A DNA stretch of 63,980 nucleotides, counting the filler, from Octopus bimaculoides (Eukaryota), in NCBI RefSeq assembly GCF_001194135.2. It is 5 parts of 5 records of this genome, joined end to end, with 100 filler letters (N's around TTAATTAATTAA, not from the genome) between each part and the next. Parts side by side here need not be neighbours in the genome. Positions count along the whole stretch, not along the records: positions 1 to 14,326 come from NC_068987.1; 4 more parts are not named here. One strand, written 5' to 3'. The notes below the pieces were generated by a model. That model was not told the DNA's origin and made no database searches. It worked only from the letters and a program-made list of their open reading frames with translations. Of the stretch, positions 1 through 13,019 are shown piece by piece. The first letter of the stretch is position 1, and each line of letters begins with the position of its first letter. A program made the position numbers and the translations under genes.

Positions 1-181
1 AAGCACCCACTACACTCTCTGAGTGGTTGGCGTTAGGAAGGGCATCCAGCTGTAGAAACTCTGCCAAATTAGACTGGAGCCTGGTGTTGCCATCCGGTTT
101 CACCAGTCCTCAGTCAAATCGTCCAACCCATGCTAGCATGGAAAGCGGACGTTAAACGATGATGATGATGATGATGATGAT
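1..181 (+). mobile_element. RTE LINE 3' tail/UTR ending in (GAT)n
   Basis: GGTTGGCGTTAGGAAGGGCATCCAGCTGTAGAAAC...GGACGTTAAACGATGATGATG. The same tail is joined to an RT-coding RTE body at ~45150-45320 and recurs at ~43885-43985(-), 53575-53730(+), 56010-56175(-), 62115-62220(-). Confidence 0.7.
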
Positions 182-349
182 ATACGACGGTCTTCTTTCA
201 GTTTCCGTCTACCAAATCCACTCACAATTCTTTGGTCGGCCCAAGGCTATAGTAGAAGACACTTGCCCAAGGTGCCACACAGTGGGACTGAACCCGGAAC
301 CATGTGATTGGGAAGCAAGCTACTTACCACACAGCCACTCCTACGCCTA
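182..349 (-). mobile_element. tRNA-derived SINE family A (octopus OR/OK-like), 5' half
   Basis: Reverse complement of GGCGxAGGAGTGGCTGTGTGGTAAG...GGTTCxGGGTTCAGTCCCACTG (A/B-box-like) + CCTTGGGCAAGTGTCTTCTACTATAGCC core. More than 15 copies or fragments in the window. Confidence 0.8.
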
Positions 350-1859
350 TATTTTATATATTTTTAACTAAATGCCCTTCTTTTATTCACATATGATGGC
401 TAGGTAGACAAAAATATACATATAACAGATTCCTCTATGTGTTTGATTAAAGCAAGCAAATCAGATAGTGAGTTTAAATGTTGGCATTTGGGAAGGAAAA
501 AATTATGAAGTCAATAGCCCTTCATTGATTACAATGTGAACTTGACATGCAATGGAAATTAATAGATGGTCATAATGCATCCTAGCTGGACATGACCCAA
601 CAATCACTGTTCTACATAAAATTATAGAGATCATGAAAACATGAAGCTATTCTTAATTGTGAAAACATGGATAGTGGTTAGTACTTGAGGAAGTTTACCC
701 GTAAATACCAAACAGGAGACTATATAAACTTTTAAATTAAGTTAGGTTTTTGATATATATGAATTTAAAATTATTACTTTGTATTTCTTTACAGTTGTAA
801 CAATGAGTAATAATGAATTAATCAAATGTGGTATTTCTAAAACATGTTACAGGAGTTGACATCAAAATATGTTTTCTATTGATAAAATGGTTGTCAAATA
901 GCTGGCACCAAAATGGCAGCAACTAATTCCATACCACTACTTTTTTAAGCCCAGAAGAGATGAGGGGTAAAGTCAACTAAAGAGGTAAAAATAAATGCCA
1001 CAAATTCTGCCAACACTGACAATAGGTCAGTCAGTTGGTTGGTCAGTCAGTCATTCAGTTAGCCAGTTAGACAGACAGACAGAGATATATATAGATACAT
1101 ACATGGCATCTCTTATTGTGTACAAAATAACTTAAAATAAAATAGAGACATTTTAAATAATTTTTCAATGAATATTTAATTGTAAGTTTTGTAAGGAGAA
1201 ATTTAAAGAATCCATTCTTTAAATTTCATTATATTTTACCCATTTTGTAATTAACTTTTAAAATAATTTTTTCCATTTTCAAAAGTAGCAGTTTTGTGCC
1301 ACATATATGTGCATCTATGTATGATACATACATAAAAACATACATACATGCAGGGCTAGAGAAAGGAGGGGAGTGTCTGGACAGGAATAGTATATTTAAG
1401 CATGAGAGTATACATATAAGCAGGTGTATGTGTACATGTGTATGTATATATATATATATTGGAAAGTTTGGAGGTGATGTACAGAAATTATATAGAAAAA
1501 AATTAAGGTACTCAGAAAACTGGATGTTTGTACATTTACAGATTTTTATTAATATCACATGTGACATTAATAAAAATCTGTAAATGTACAAACATCCAGA
1601 TTTCTGAGTACCTTAATTTATATATTATATATATNNNNNNNNNNNNNNNNNNNNNNNNNNNNNNNNNNNNNNNNNNNNNNNNNNNNNNNNNNNNNNNNNN
1701 NNNNNNNNNNNNNNNNNNNNNNNNNNNNNNNNNNNNNNNNNNNNNNNNNNNNNNNNNNNNNNNNNNNNNNNNNNNNNNNNNNNNNNNNNNNNNNNNNNNN
1801 NNNNNNNNNNNGTATTTGTATGTGTAGTACTCTCTTGTTTATCTTAGTCCTTTAGGGCT

Positions 1860-2120
1860 TAACTGAGGAATTCAAGACTGACTGTCCCTGGGAGCTCCTC
1901 TACACTTGTTCTTATAACTGAATCACTCACTACCAGACCTAGAGAAGAAATTTCAGGTATGAAAACAAGGCCTGGAATCTAAGGGCCTTAGAGCTAATTT
2001 ACCAAAATCCAAAGTCCTAGTAAGTAGGAAAATAGACAAATCACAAGTCCCTTCAGTGAGATGGCTCTGCTTGATATGTAAGAAAGCTGTTGGTAGAAAC
2101 TCCATACATTGTACCCAGTG
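1860..2120 (+). mobile_element. RTE LINE reverse transcriptase fragment (degenerate)
   Basis: Translates to CPWELLY...ESL..LEKKFQV.KQGLESKGLR.NL.K.KVLVS...W.C.ICKK.VGRNSI.CTQC across frameshifts; homologous to 44200-44420. Confidence 0.75.
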
Positions 2121-2365
2121 CCATGCTGGAGCACTGCCTTTAGTCGAGCAAATTGACCCCAGGACTTATTCTTTGTAAGTCTAGTACTTATTCTATCAGT
2201 CCCTTTTGCCGAACCGCTATGTTATGGGGACGTAAACACACCAGCATTGGTTGTCAAGCGATGTTGTGAGGACAAACACAGACACACAAACATATACACA
2301 CACATACATATATACATACATATATACGATGGTCTTCTTTCAGTTTCCGTCTACCAAATCCACTC
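2117..2365 (-). mobile_element. SINE family A (core + 3' tail)
   Basis: CCATGCTGGAGCACTGCCTTTAGTCGAGCAAATTGACCCCAGGACTTATTCTTTG...TTTCAGTTTCCGTCTACCAAATCCACTCA, matching the other copies. Confidence 0.8.
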
Positions 2366-5300
2366 ATGGACAATTTGATTAACTGCTACTTTTGAAAATG
2401 GAATGCCAGATATTTCAAGCATCTTAGCAGTGATACCTGGCACGAGTATATTTTATGTGACACTGGTACCTGCAAGACAAAGACTCTCTCAGCTGGGAGA
2501 GGGAGTTAGGGCTTGGCCATAAAGTATATGCTTGTATGTATGAATGGATGGCCATGATTTTACTTAGCTTGACATAACTTGACAAAGATTTCTCACCACT
2601 TTGTCCCATGTCTTCCTGGGTCTACTTCTTCCACAAGTAGAGATCAGCACTTCTTTACGCAGCTATCCTCATCCATATGCATCGGATGACCATACCAGCA
2701 CAGTCTCCTCTCTTGTACACAACATCTGATGCCTGTTATACCCAGTGTTCCTCTTAAATCATTTACACTCTGTTGTGCATGCACACTGACATTACCCATC
2801 CAGCAGAGCATGCTGGCTTCATTTCTTTCAGGCCTTCGTAAGTCCTCCATAATTATAGCCTATGTTTCACTACCATGTAGCATAGTTGTATGTACACAGG
2901 CATCATACAATCTGCCTTTCAGAACTTTGCCCAGCCCATTCTTATTCTAGCAACTATGCTTTCAGACCTTCCTCCTCCACTCTAACTTGGTTGTTTAAGT
3001 AGCAGAAGTTATCTGCTACTTTTAGGGATCCCTCCGAGTACTTGAGGAAGCCTATTCTCTGTGCAGTTTTAGTGCATATTGTAGCCACACATTTGCTACG
3101 CACAAAGACTATTTTTTCTGTTAACCTTTTGTGATACCACTACACCTCTTATGTGTCCAAAGCTTACACTGGGTACAATGTTTGGAGTCTCTACCAACAC
3201 CCTTCTTACATATCAAGCAGGGCCATCTTGCTGAAGGGACTTGTGATTTTCCGGTTTTCCTACTTACCAGAGCTTTGGTCTTTGCTAAATCAACTCAAAG
3301 GCCTTTTGATTCCAGATCTTGCTTCTACACCTGAAATTTTTTCTCTAGGTCAGCTATAAGAACAAGGTCATCAATGTAGAGGAGCTCCCAAGGATAACCA
3401 GTCTTGAATTCCTGTTATGGCATGGAGGACGATGATAAACAAGAGGGGGCTGAGAACTGTTTCTTGGTGAAGTCCTACTTGGACACTAAATTCATTGCTA
3501 AACTCATTGCCAACCAACACCTTACTGGCAGCATCCCTGTACATGACTTTCAATGTCTCACCAACTACTCATCTATCCCTAGCTTTCACATTGACCACCA
3601 GATAAGGGAACAGGGGACCCTGTCGAGGACTTTCTCCATATCAATAAAAACCAAGAGGTTTATTTTTGACTAAATACGTAGAGACTTGCCTTACCAGAAA
3701 TATAGCATCAGTTGTGCTTCTCCAAAGCACGAAACCAAACTGCATCTCATCAAGACTAACTCTCTTTCTATAATTTTCATTACCTCGTCCAGTAGTTTGA
3801 TATATCTATAATGAGTTCTGTGCAAGGCATCACCTTTACATTTGCAGCAGTAGGCTATGGTACTGCTACACTAGTCATTGGGTGTGACTCCCTCATGGAC
3901 AATTTGATTAACTGTACGTATGACTAGGCCATATCTCACTCTGCCAGATATTTCAAGCATCTTAGCAGTGATACCTGATGGGCCAGGATCTTTCCCTGTC
4001 TTCATATCCTTAATTGCTTCATCTACCAAACTACTGTTGGTTCAGATAGCTGGTACTTCAGTTGGGCCTACATTAGGCAGACTTTCCATCTCCCTTGCAT
4101 TCTCTACATTTAGTAGCTTTTCATAATGGCATTTCCAAGCCTCTTTCTTTGCAGAATCACTAGCTGCTAGTGAGCCATGATCCATGTGAACACACTTCTC
4201 TCCTGCAACATCACAATTTTCTCTCACACACTGTCTTGCAATATGAAACGCTTCAAACTTCTGGTCCTCACGTTGCAGAACATTGGCAAACTTCTTTTCT
4301 GCTTCTCCTCTGGCAAAATATACCTGTCTCCAAGCCTCCTTTCTATCTTATATAGTTCCCTGCTACCACCACACTTCCATTCCTTCCAGGTTTGTTTCTT
4401 TGCTCTAACAGCCTTGTCAACTACACTGTTCCACTACCTGTTGAGAAGGGACTTTGCACTAGCCACAAATTTGGTTAGTGAACCTCAACCTGTTGTCCAA
4501 TAGGAACTTTCAAATGTTCTCCACAGTATATGTCACTATAATCTCTTCTTTTCCGTTAAATGCTTTAAGTAACATGTCTCTAAATCTCTAAGTATTCAGA
4601 GGACCTTTAAGCTTCTAGACCTTTTTTCCTACACTGGTTGTCTTCTTGACAGCCCTGAGTCTGAAGTCGCTAATGACTAACCTATGTTGAGGATTACACT
4701 CTTCATCTGGGAAAGTTTTAGCATTTATAAGCAACCATCTTCCTTTCTTTTTTTTTTTTTTGGTGAGAATGTAGTCAATATGGCTAGAGTACCCACCAGA
4801 TATTCATAGATGAACAAGCGACTGGCAAGTTTCTTGGAAGTTAGTATTGCAGATCATAAGGCCATTTATGTCACAGAACTCCAGCAGCTTGGTTCCCTCC
4901 TCATTGCAGGAACTGACTCCATTGTCTCCATGCACACAAAGGAAGCCACCTGAACATTACCCAACATGTCCATTGAAGTCAACAGCCACAAAGAGGTTAC
5001 GGTTACTTTTTGATAAGATAGTTTGCAAAAGAGTATCATAAAAGTAGTTTTTCTGTTCATCTGGTAGTCCCAATTGAGGGACATAGGCTGAAATAGTAGT
5101 TGCTGCTCCACTTTGCAAAACTAGTCTGAGCTTAATTATTCTATCACACACACTGACTACCTTGATTCCCTTATCAACCCATTTCTCGGCAAGAAGTATG
5201 CCCACACCACCAACCCCATCACTGTTCCCTACCCAGACGATTTTATTCTTGTGCTCTTTGCCTGTGAAGAACCCTTTCAGAACCTACCTACCACCTTACT

Positions 5301-5510
5301 TCTTAGATGCAACACACATCTATATGCTTCCATTCAAGCATCTCAACAATCTCACCAGACCTACCCTTCAATGTGCCCACATTGTGTGTGCCAATTCTAA
5401 GGGTGAGGAAGGGGTGGCCAGAGGAAACACAGGAATGGGGGATAGAAGTCTGCATCTGAAAAAAAGTTTGCATGGATGTTTCCCCAGACATGTCATAAAA
5501 CTTCAAATAC
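2366..5510 (-). mobile_element. Near-full-length degenerate RTE-clade LINE ORF (APE endonuclease + RT)
   Basis: APE motifs LRIGTHNVGTLKGR...IDVCCI (5303-5506) and GILLAEKW...ISAYVPQ...VDFNGHVG (4957-5205). RT region YRDAASKVLVG...VGLHQ.TVLSPLLFIIVL (3371-3553). C-terminus RRLCWYGH...KKC (2644-2850). Many stops and frameshifts. Confidence 0.9.
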
Positions 5511-7326
5511 CTACATTTAATTCACTATCATTTATTTGTTTCACACTTGCCATGTTTACCAGAAAAGGTAGTGGTATAGACTATTGGATAGAAGTGGGAG
5601 AGGTGAAAGAGAGCATTCCAAATAGATTCCCAGTACAGAGAAGGTTCTAAGAGAAAGACTTCTGGTATGGATGGGGGTGCACTGCAAACAACCAAGCAGC
5701 ATGGCTTCCCCAGCCAGATAAAATATTCAAACAAAATGAAAAGGCAAAAAAAAATCAGCACATTTTCACTAGGATTACTTAACTACTATTAAACACATAG
5801 CATGGAAATAACAAGGCTTTAGACATAATAGGAGCGAGATGAAATGATGTGAGGAAAGAAAAATGAAATTGCTTATCTGACCATGTTCAGATGGTAGTAA
5901 TGACCTCATTCTGATTTTAAAACAACGAACAGGTAGCATGGCTGCCCTGTGCCAAAGATAGAATAAGGAGACCAAATATATATTCACACATATAGACACT
6001 GTAAAAGAGAGCAAGAGAGAAGGGAAATTGTAAACCAACTAGAAGTTATGTGACAGACACACAGACAGATTTTACAAAAATTATAGTACTGATTAAGTAC
6101 AGAGAGTGTTTGTAGGAGATAGACCTTCTATGGTATATTGTGCAAAGAGAATGTTGTTAGAGTAGGGATGTTTTAACTAGTGGAATGTCTCCTTCCACAA
6201 AAACAAAAGAGCTAATATGCCAGATTTGTTAGAAGAAAACTGGGTCATGGCATATTAGTCTGATGGTAATAATCAACGAGTGACATGTACATTTAACACC
6301 CTTGTCTAACCTTTCAGAAATGATATCTTCTCAGCTCCTTTCTGTTATTATTTTGTATTCTCTCAGTATGATATTGACTACATTGATTTCTGTGGTGTCT
6401 GATCTGATACCATGATGATGTTTGTAAGCTAATACATCTGTTTCACATACCACTGTGAATGGGATGTCTCTCAACAGCACAGAAATAGCTTGAGAGCTAA
6501 AATATGCAGGAGCAATGAGAGAAAACATACATGTATAATTTGAAATGGTTCTAATAGGTAACATTTTAGTTTAGCATCAAACCAATGCCACTATGTATTA
6601 AAGTAATTTCTTCTGAAAACAGGACTGGAACAGCTTGTACTGCAAGTCTGTCTATGAAAGGATTTGAGTAGAGCCAAAAGGATCAGTTCTCCAATGAAGT
6701 CAATTTTATTACCTATATCTCTACACTTGGTACACAATATGGAAGTTATTGCAGAAAGAGCTGCAGATCTGCACTCCTGACTAGACATAAGTGACAACAT
6801 CTTCATGAGCACTTTGGCCAAAGATTTAAAGCTTTTGCCCAGTAGAATTACAGGCCTGAAATTGTCAATAACAATTGATTATGTAACTGCCTTGTAGTAA
6901 ATTATGCGGCTGGTCCAAAATATATCCCTTAACCCCTTTTTATACCAACCCATCTGAACGGCCTCTGGTTCTTAGAAAATACACTTGATTATAAAGTGTT
7001 CACATTTAAAATAAAACTTTCTATCGTAATATGTAAAATTCATTTTTGTAAATTATGCCTAATCACTGTCTTAAAAATAGAAAACGTATTCATTTTACTA
7101 AATTTCCCCCAAATTTTAATTACTTTCAATATCAATTAAAACACACAGTGTATTTCATGAGAAATATAATCACAAAATGGTTAACACCAATTACAAGTTG
7201 CTGGACCAAGTCAAAGAAACAATGAAATAGTGGAAGAATAACCACAGAAATAATATATTGATTTACATGTGAAATTTTATTGATCTTTACCTCATGTAAT
7301 TAATGTAATATGAATATTCACAGTAG

Positions 7327-9532
7327 TTAAGCCTTAGATTTTATTAACCTAATGCGCCCTGACCTCCTTATTGTTGTTTCATCCTATGCCTGGGCTCCTG
7401 AGTTATTTGTGCCTGGTTCTTACAGGGATCAGAAACAAGGCAATCACAACATATAATACAGTTTCTACATTGTTGTAAGACTAAAAAGCATGCAAACACT
7501 TTATATATACTTACCAATGTTTTAATGCCAATATTCTATCTTGTTGTGCCAATCAGATCAACATGTGGAACCCTGCTTGATGCACAGGTGGTGTTTATAC
7601 TCAGAACAGCAGACTGAAGACTTGACAGCTTTCACAGGATAGTCTTTATAACCCACATTGGCATTTTTCCTTTTAAATTTATTGTGCTTGTATGAGCAAA
7701 CAACACACAGATGATTAGTGGAGCCCTCCTCAGATATCTCTGGATGGTGCAATCCAACATTTTGGAGATGAGCAAGCACTTCATGATCTCATGGCCAGCC
7801 ACACTATTTCTGTAATCTCCTACCAAACCCAGCGATACTCATCCAGAAATTTTGGGGAAGTGTATTTCTTAGCATTTTCTGTATAGAGTGACAAGACAAT
7901 CACATAGGCCTTGTATATAGCCCACATGATAAATTTCTCTACAAGCCTCCTTGATAGAGCCTGCAGGTTTTGTGTGGCCTCAGCATAATTTTTGTCTGCA
8001 CCCCCAGGTATATATTGTAATCCTTGACAAGGATGAGCACCTGGACATTTTGTTGTGATCTATCTTTGTTTATGCAACTGACAGTAACTGTTTTGGTTGG
8101 GTCATGGCAATTAGAAATGAAATGAATAGGTCTGTGATCATTCCATACCATGCAGACAAAACTTCCTTGACAGAGGTAGTCAGATTCCCCATAGATTTTC
8201 AACTTCTTTTTGCACAGTTCTTTGGGATAGAGCTTCCTGACTGTCATGGCTGTACCATCTGTGAATGATTTCTCACATGTGAGCAGGAAGTTGATCAGTG
8301 TTACAGAGTTGTAGTATCTATCCATGTCAAGTGAGATTCACCTCTTTCACCAATCTCAAAACAACATTACCTGTAACACATAGCTCCTCTACTTCTCTAT
8401 CAACCTTTCCTGTGTATATTTCTGCATTTATAATATATACTGTGTCCTCTTCACACAGAATGAGTGATTTTACTCCAAAGTTTATGGGTTTGTTTGTCTT
8501 TTATATACTGATGACCAACCTGTTTTGATCAGTATCATCCCTTCAGCTAGGCTAAGGTACTGCTTTGGGTTGTGATGCTCATGGAATTTATGCAGCAGCA
8601 TGTTGAGTAGTGGCCTAACTTTATATATCTCGTCTGATTTGTCTATGGTTCATTTTCTAATTCTGTGATGGAAACTGTGTGTAACAAAAAACTTTTTACC
8701 ATCTGATACTATGGTTTGATCACACTACTTTCCATTGCAAGATACAGGCCTGTAAAGGCTTTTGCTTCTTCAACAGTAAGAACTTAGAAATTTTTACAGT
8801 AACATTTACTGGGGATTGTTTCTCAATCCTGTGTGGCATGCAGATTGGTTTGGGTGTTTACTCAGAATTGATCATCCAGAAATATATTAACACACTCAAA
8901 TTGGTTTAGAATCACCAGTTATGCTGTCTGGAATGTTTGGGGCCCACAATTTGAAGCATCAAATGGACCTATGTTGATAATGTCTGTGTTACCTTTGTTG
9001 GCATCCAATTCTGCAGTGCCAGGTTCCTTTTCTGCACCAATAGATTCATTATCTGAATCATTTTTTCTGTCACTGCCTTCATTTCCTACACTGTGCCTTT
9101 CATTGTCAGAAGCAGGTTCTAAGTCCCTATCTAGGTAATTTGCATAATTTTTGGTATCTAATTCACTGGTAATTCGCATCATTTTTGGTATCTAATTCTA
9201 TCAAGCATTTGACTGGCAGTGTATAGCTTCTGGCTCTTGTGTTTTGATCCCAACAGCCCAATCTCATATTCACATACTAGAGCTCATTTCAGTGTGAAAT
9301 TTCTCCCCATTTCTACAAGAACACATTGCCAAAACAATTGAACTGGGTGCAGACATATTGTCTTATATTCAGATGTAATAGACATTCTGACTGATTAATC
9401 AAAACAGGGTCAAAACATGCATAATCAAACACATGCTGTGCTAAATGACCTTGCACTGCTTTACTTGTGCTACAGCATATACACATCTAGCATTGCTACC
9501 ACTATACTGGTGTTACAGGCTCTAAGGGTTAA
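7327..9532 (-). mobile_element. piggyBac-like (PGBD, DDE_Tnp_1_7) transposon relic with candidate TTAA-flanked termini
   Basis: MDRYYNSVTL...GT...WNDHRPIHFISNCH...KDYN.YLGV (7939-8325); Cys-rich C-terminus CVVC...C..Y..HLCI (7558-7779); acidic N-terminus (8919-9182). TTAA-GCCTTAGA at 7327-7338 and TCTAAGGG-TTAA at 9521-9532. Confidence 0.8.
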
Positions 9533-9859
9533 TACTCAATAAATTCGTTGACACCCAACCCTTGACTAGAAATTCACGCAACCCAGCCCGACAATTGTAA
9601 AAGCTTTTGAAAAATTGAAAGCTTCAGGATAAAGTGAAAGCATAGTGTTATATGGACCAGGTGGTGGTTTGAAACTGATTGACATGCCTGTGACTCAGTT
9701 TCCATCACAGAATTACAAAATGAACCTAATATCAAGCTGATGAATTGAAGACATAGCGGGATTATAAACATAGAGGCTAGGCTTTTTTTTTTTTTTTGCC
9801 TTTATTATACTTAGCTGGACAGGTCTTCTCAAGTGCAACAAATTGCCAATTGTCTTGGT

Positions 9860-10070
9860 CTTTTGTCATCTCCTTTGTGAGGCTCAATATCTGAAGATCA
9901 TTTCGCACCACTCTGTTCTGTGTCTTCCTCTTCCACAGGTTCCTTCAACATTTAAAGATCACCACTTCTTTATGCAGCTGTCTTCATCCATATGTATCAC
10001 ATGACCATATCAGCACAATCTTCTCTCTTGTACACTACATCTGATGCATCTTATACCCAATTCTGCTTAT
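9860..10070 (-). mobile_element. RTE LINE 3' coding fragment
   Basis: Homologous to 2580-2740 (RRL.WYGHV..MDEDSC.KK region). Confidence 0.7.
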
Positions 10071-10393
10071 AAGATACTGCAATCAAATGTCCTGCCTCCT
10101 TCCTACCAGCAAAAATTATACAAACCACATGCTCACAAAACCCATTACAGCTTGTGTGGAGATGTGGATGAGAGACTAGTTTTGTTTTGTTTTTTGTTTT
10201 TTTTGTAGTAGGCCTTGATCATACTCTGCATCAGTTTATATATAGTCACAGTAAATTATTTCCTTGTTGGTTTTAAATTGCTGCTAGCCACCTTGATTAT
10301 TTTACATATCTGTCTCTTTCTCTCTCTCTATAATTTAAAGTTTTTAACTTTACAACTTATGTCTCTTTACATTTTAACATCTTTTAATTACAG

Positions 10394-11897
10394 ATTGCTC
10401 AAGGATGTCACCTGGGTGGCAACCACCACAGACTGTTGCTTGGTCCACAATAGGTCCTCCCTGGGGATGACAGCACACTGGCTGGATCCCAAGACCTGCA
10501 CGAGACAACATGCCATCCTGGCCTGCTCTCAGCTCAGAGGACATCACACCTTTGATGTTCTCGCCCGGGCCATGGTGGACACCCATTACAAGTTCCATCT
10601 GCAAGACAAGCAGATCAGGACCATGATGGACAATAGCAAAAACCTTAAGGCATTTATGCAGTTTGGTACAGAAGTTGAATTCTTGTCAGACATTCCTGAG
10701 GCTGCTGCCAATCTTGACATGGAGGGCATCAAGGATGTGAACCTGAATGTGGATCCCAAGGCTGGGGATGTGGATGAAGTTGAGTACATCTCTGTTGATT
10801 CCATCCTTGACAAGTCCAGCAACCTGGGCCTAAACCTGCCAGTGCAGATGAAGTGTGCAGCTCATACCTTCAACTTGGTAGCCAGTGTGGATGCCGACAA
10901 GGCACTTGACAGCGCATTGTTCAAGTCGACCTACAGGAAGGCCATGTCCAAGGCACAGTGACTGTGGAATCTGCAGAGCCACAACACGGTGGCAACAGAC
11001 AGCATTCTTGACATGCTGAAGAGGAGGCTGGTGGTCCCTAACAGTACCAGATAGAACTCTACCTATGACTTTGTTGTTGTCCTCAACAACCTGCTGGAGA
11101 AGAATAGGGGAGCTATCCACAGGTTGATGACACAGCTGAAGCTGCAGACTTTCACTGGTTCTGATGTCAGCTTCCTGACAGAATACACCCAGGTGATGTC
11201 TAATGCTGCCAAGGCCTTGGACAAAATCCAGTGGGAGGACTAGGCCTATCTCAGAAGCCTTCTGCCAACTGTAGCGGCTACCATCATGAAGTTGAAAGAA
11301 GGCAATTTCAAACATCTTCTGTACTGCAGTCCTCTGGTAGATGCAATACTGACAGGTATCATGAAGAGGTTTGGGCCGCTCCTAGAAGACCTGGAATGCC
11401 AGCTGACTGTTGCCTTCCACCCCGAATTTTGCCTGATCTGGCTGGAGCAGTATAAAAATAGCCAGGTTAGCAGGGTAACGAACACCATGGAAACCATTGT
11501 ACAGACAGCCCTAATGGAGACCAATGAAGAGGGCAGCAGCACCACCAGCAATGAAGATGAGGAAGATGATTTCTTCATCGACATCACTCGGCTCTGAAAG
11601 AGCAGAAGCCACGTGAAATCCAAGGCGCAGAACTTGGTGAAGACCTGGCTGAAGACCATCTCAAAGGAGGTCCTGACTGAAGTTACCTTTTTGGGTGAGC
11701 AGGTCTTGATCAACCTGTTCACCAAGTATAACACTGCTATCCCATCCAGTGCTGCAGTTGAGCACCTATTCTCTATATGCAAAGATATTTTGAAGGCCAA
11801 GAGAGTCACCCTGTCAGATGGTAACTTTGAGAGGCTGATGTTTATGAAGGGCAACCAGCATCATGTTGAGGCAATGGAGAAGGCCCAGCCAGAGTAG
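10394..11897 (+). pseudogene. hAT-family transposase pseudogene (catalytic region + C-terminal dimerisation domain)
   Basis: One reading frame with ATTTDC, GMTAHW, CAAHTFNL (CxxH), STR*NST (RWNST) and TAIPSSAAVEHLFS...LSDGNFE.L.F.KGN. In-frame stops at 10959, 11052, 11241 and 11595. Starts after a TTTTAATTACAG acceptor (10393). Confidence 0.9.
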
Positions 11898-12149
11898 TAC
11901 ACCTTGATCATCATCTGATTTTGGCATGCTGTACCCTTTTGGAAAGTTCTATATCTAAACTACATGAAAATTTCAGCTCTCTAGGTCTGTTTTTAAGGGT
12001 TTTAAAACCAAAAAACCAGACTGAAACTAAATTCATATGATACAAGTAAGAGATTATCAGTTAGTGTTCGCTTCCACTAATTTTTTTACCTGTTTAGTGT
12101 TTGCAAAGCTAACTTTTTTAGTTAGCGGATTAGCAGTTAGTAAAGTTAG

Positions 12150-12890
12150 AGAGGCCCTTTGATACCAACAAAAGTGACAGTTCTCTGAACTTTGCCCATC
12201 CAGTTCTTATTCTAGCAATTACACTTTCAGAGTATCCTCCTCTACTGCTAATTTGGTCACCTAGGTAAAGGAAATATCTACTACTGGCAAGGATCCTTTG
12301 AAGCATTTGAGGAAATATATTTCTTGTATGCTCTTAGTGCTTATTGTTCCTGTACATCTGCCACACACAAAGACTACTTTTTTCTTAACCTTCCTGTGAT
12401 TCCAATGCACCTCTTTTATGTCTCTAGCTTGTACTGAGTAACTGTATGGAATTCCTATTCATAACTTTTCCACATATCAAGCAGGGCCATCTTGCTGAAG
12501 GGATTAGTAAGTTGTCTGCTTTCCTACTCACTAATATTAGGTCTTTGCTAAATTAACTGTTAGGACTTTGATTCCAGTAATTGCTTCTACTTCCAAAATT
12601 TCTTCTCTAATTCTAGTAGAGATTCAACTATGAGAACAAAGTCATCAGCATGGAGGAGCTCCCATGAGCCAAGTTTTAAATGCCTGTTATGGCCTGGAGG
12701 ACCAGTACATAACAGGTCATATTCAAGAGGGGGCTGAGAACTGACCCTTAGTAAACTCTCCTGCATACTAAATTTGTTATTATACTCATTATTGACTTTC
12801 ACCTTACTGACAGCGTCCTTGTACATAGTTTCCACAGCTCTCACTAGCCACTCCTCTATTCCTAGCTTCTGTATTGACTACTAGATGATA
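12150..12890 (-). mobile_element. RTE LINE RT/C-terminal fragment
   Basis: VETMYKDAVSKVKV...WELLHADDFVLIVESLLELEKKF (12587-12844). Confidence 0.8.
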
Positions 12891-12958
12891 GAGTGAGGGA
12901 CTCCTTCAAATTAGCTTTCTCCTTTCTGGTTTTGAGAAGCCTAATTTCTCGAGATTGG

Positions 12959-13019
<61 letters not shown>

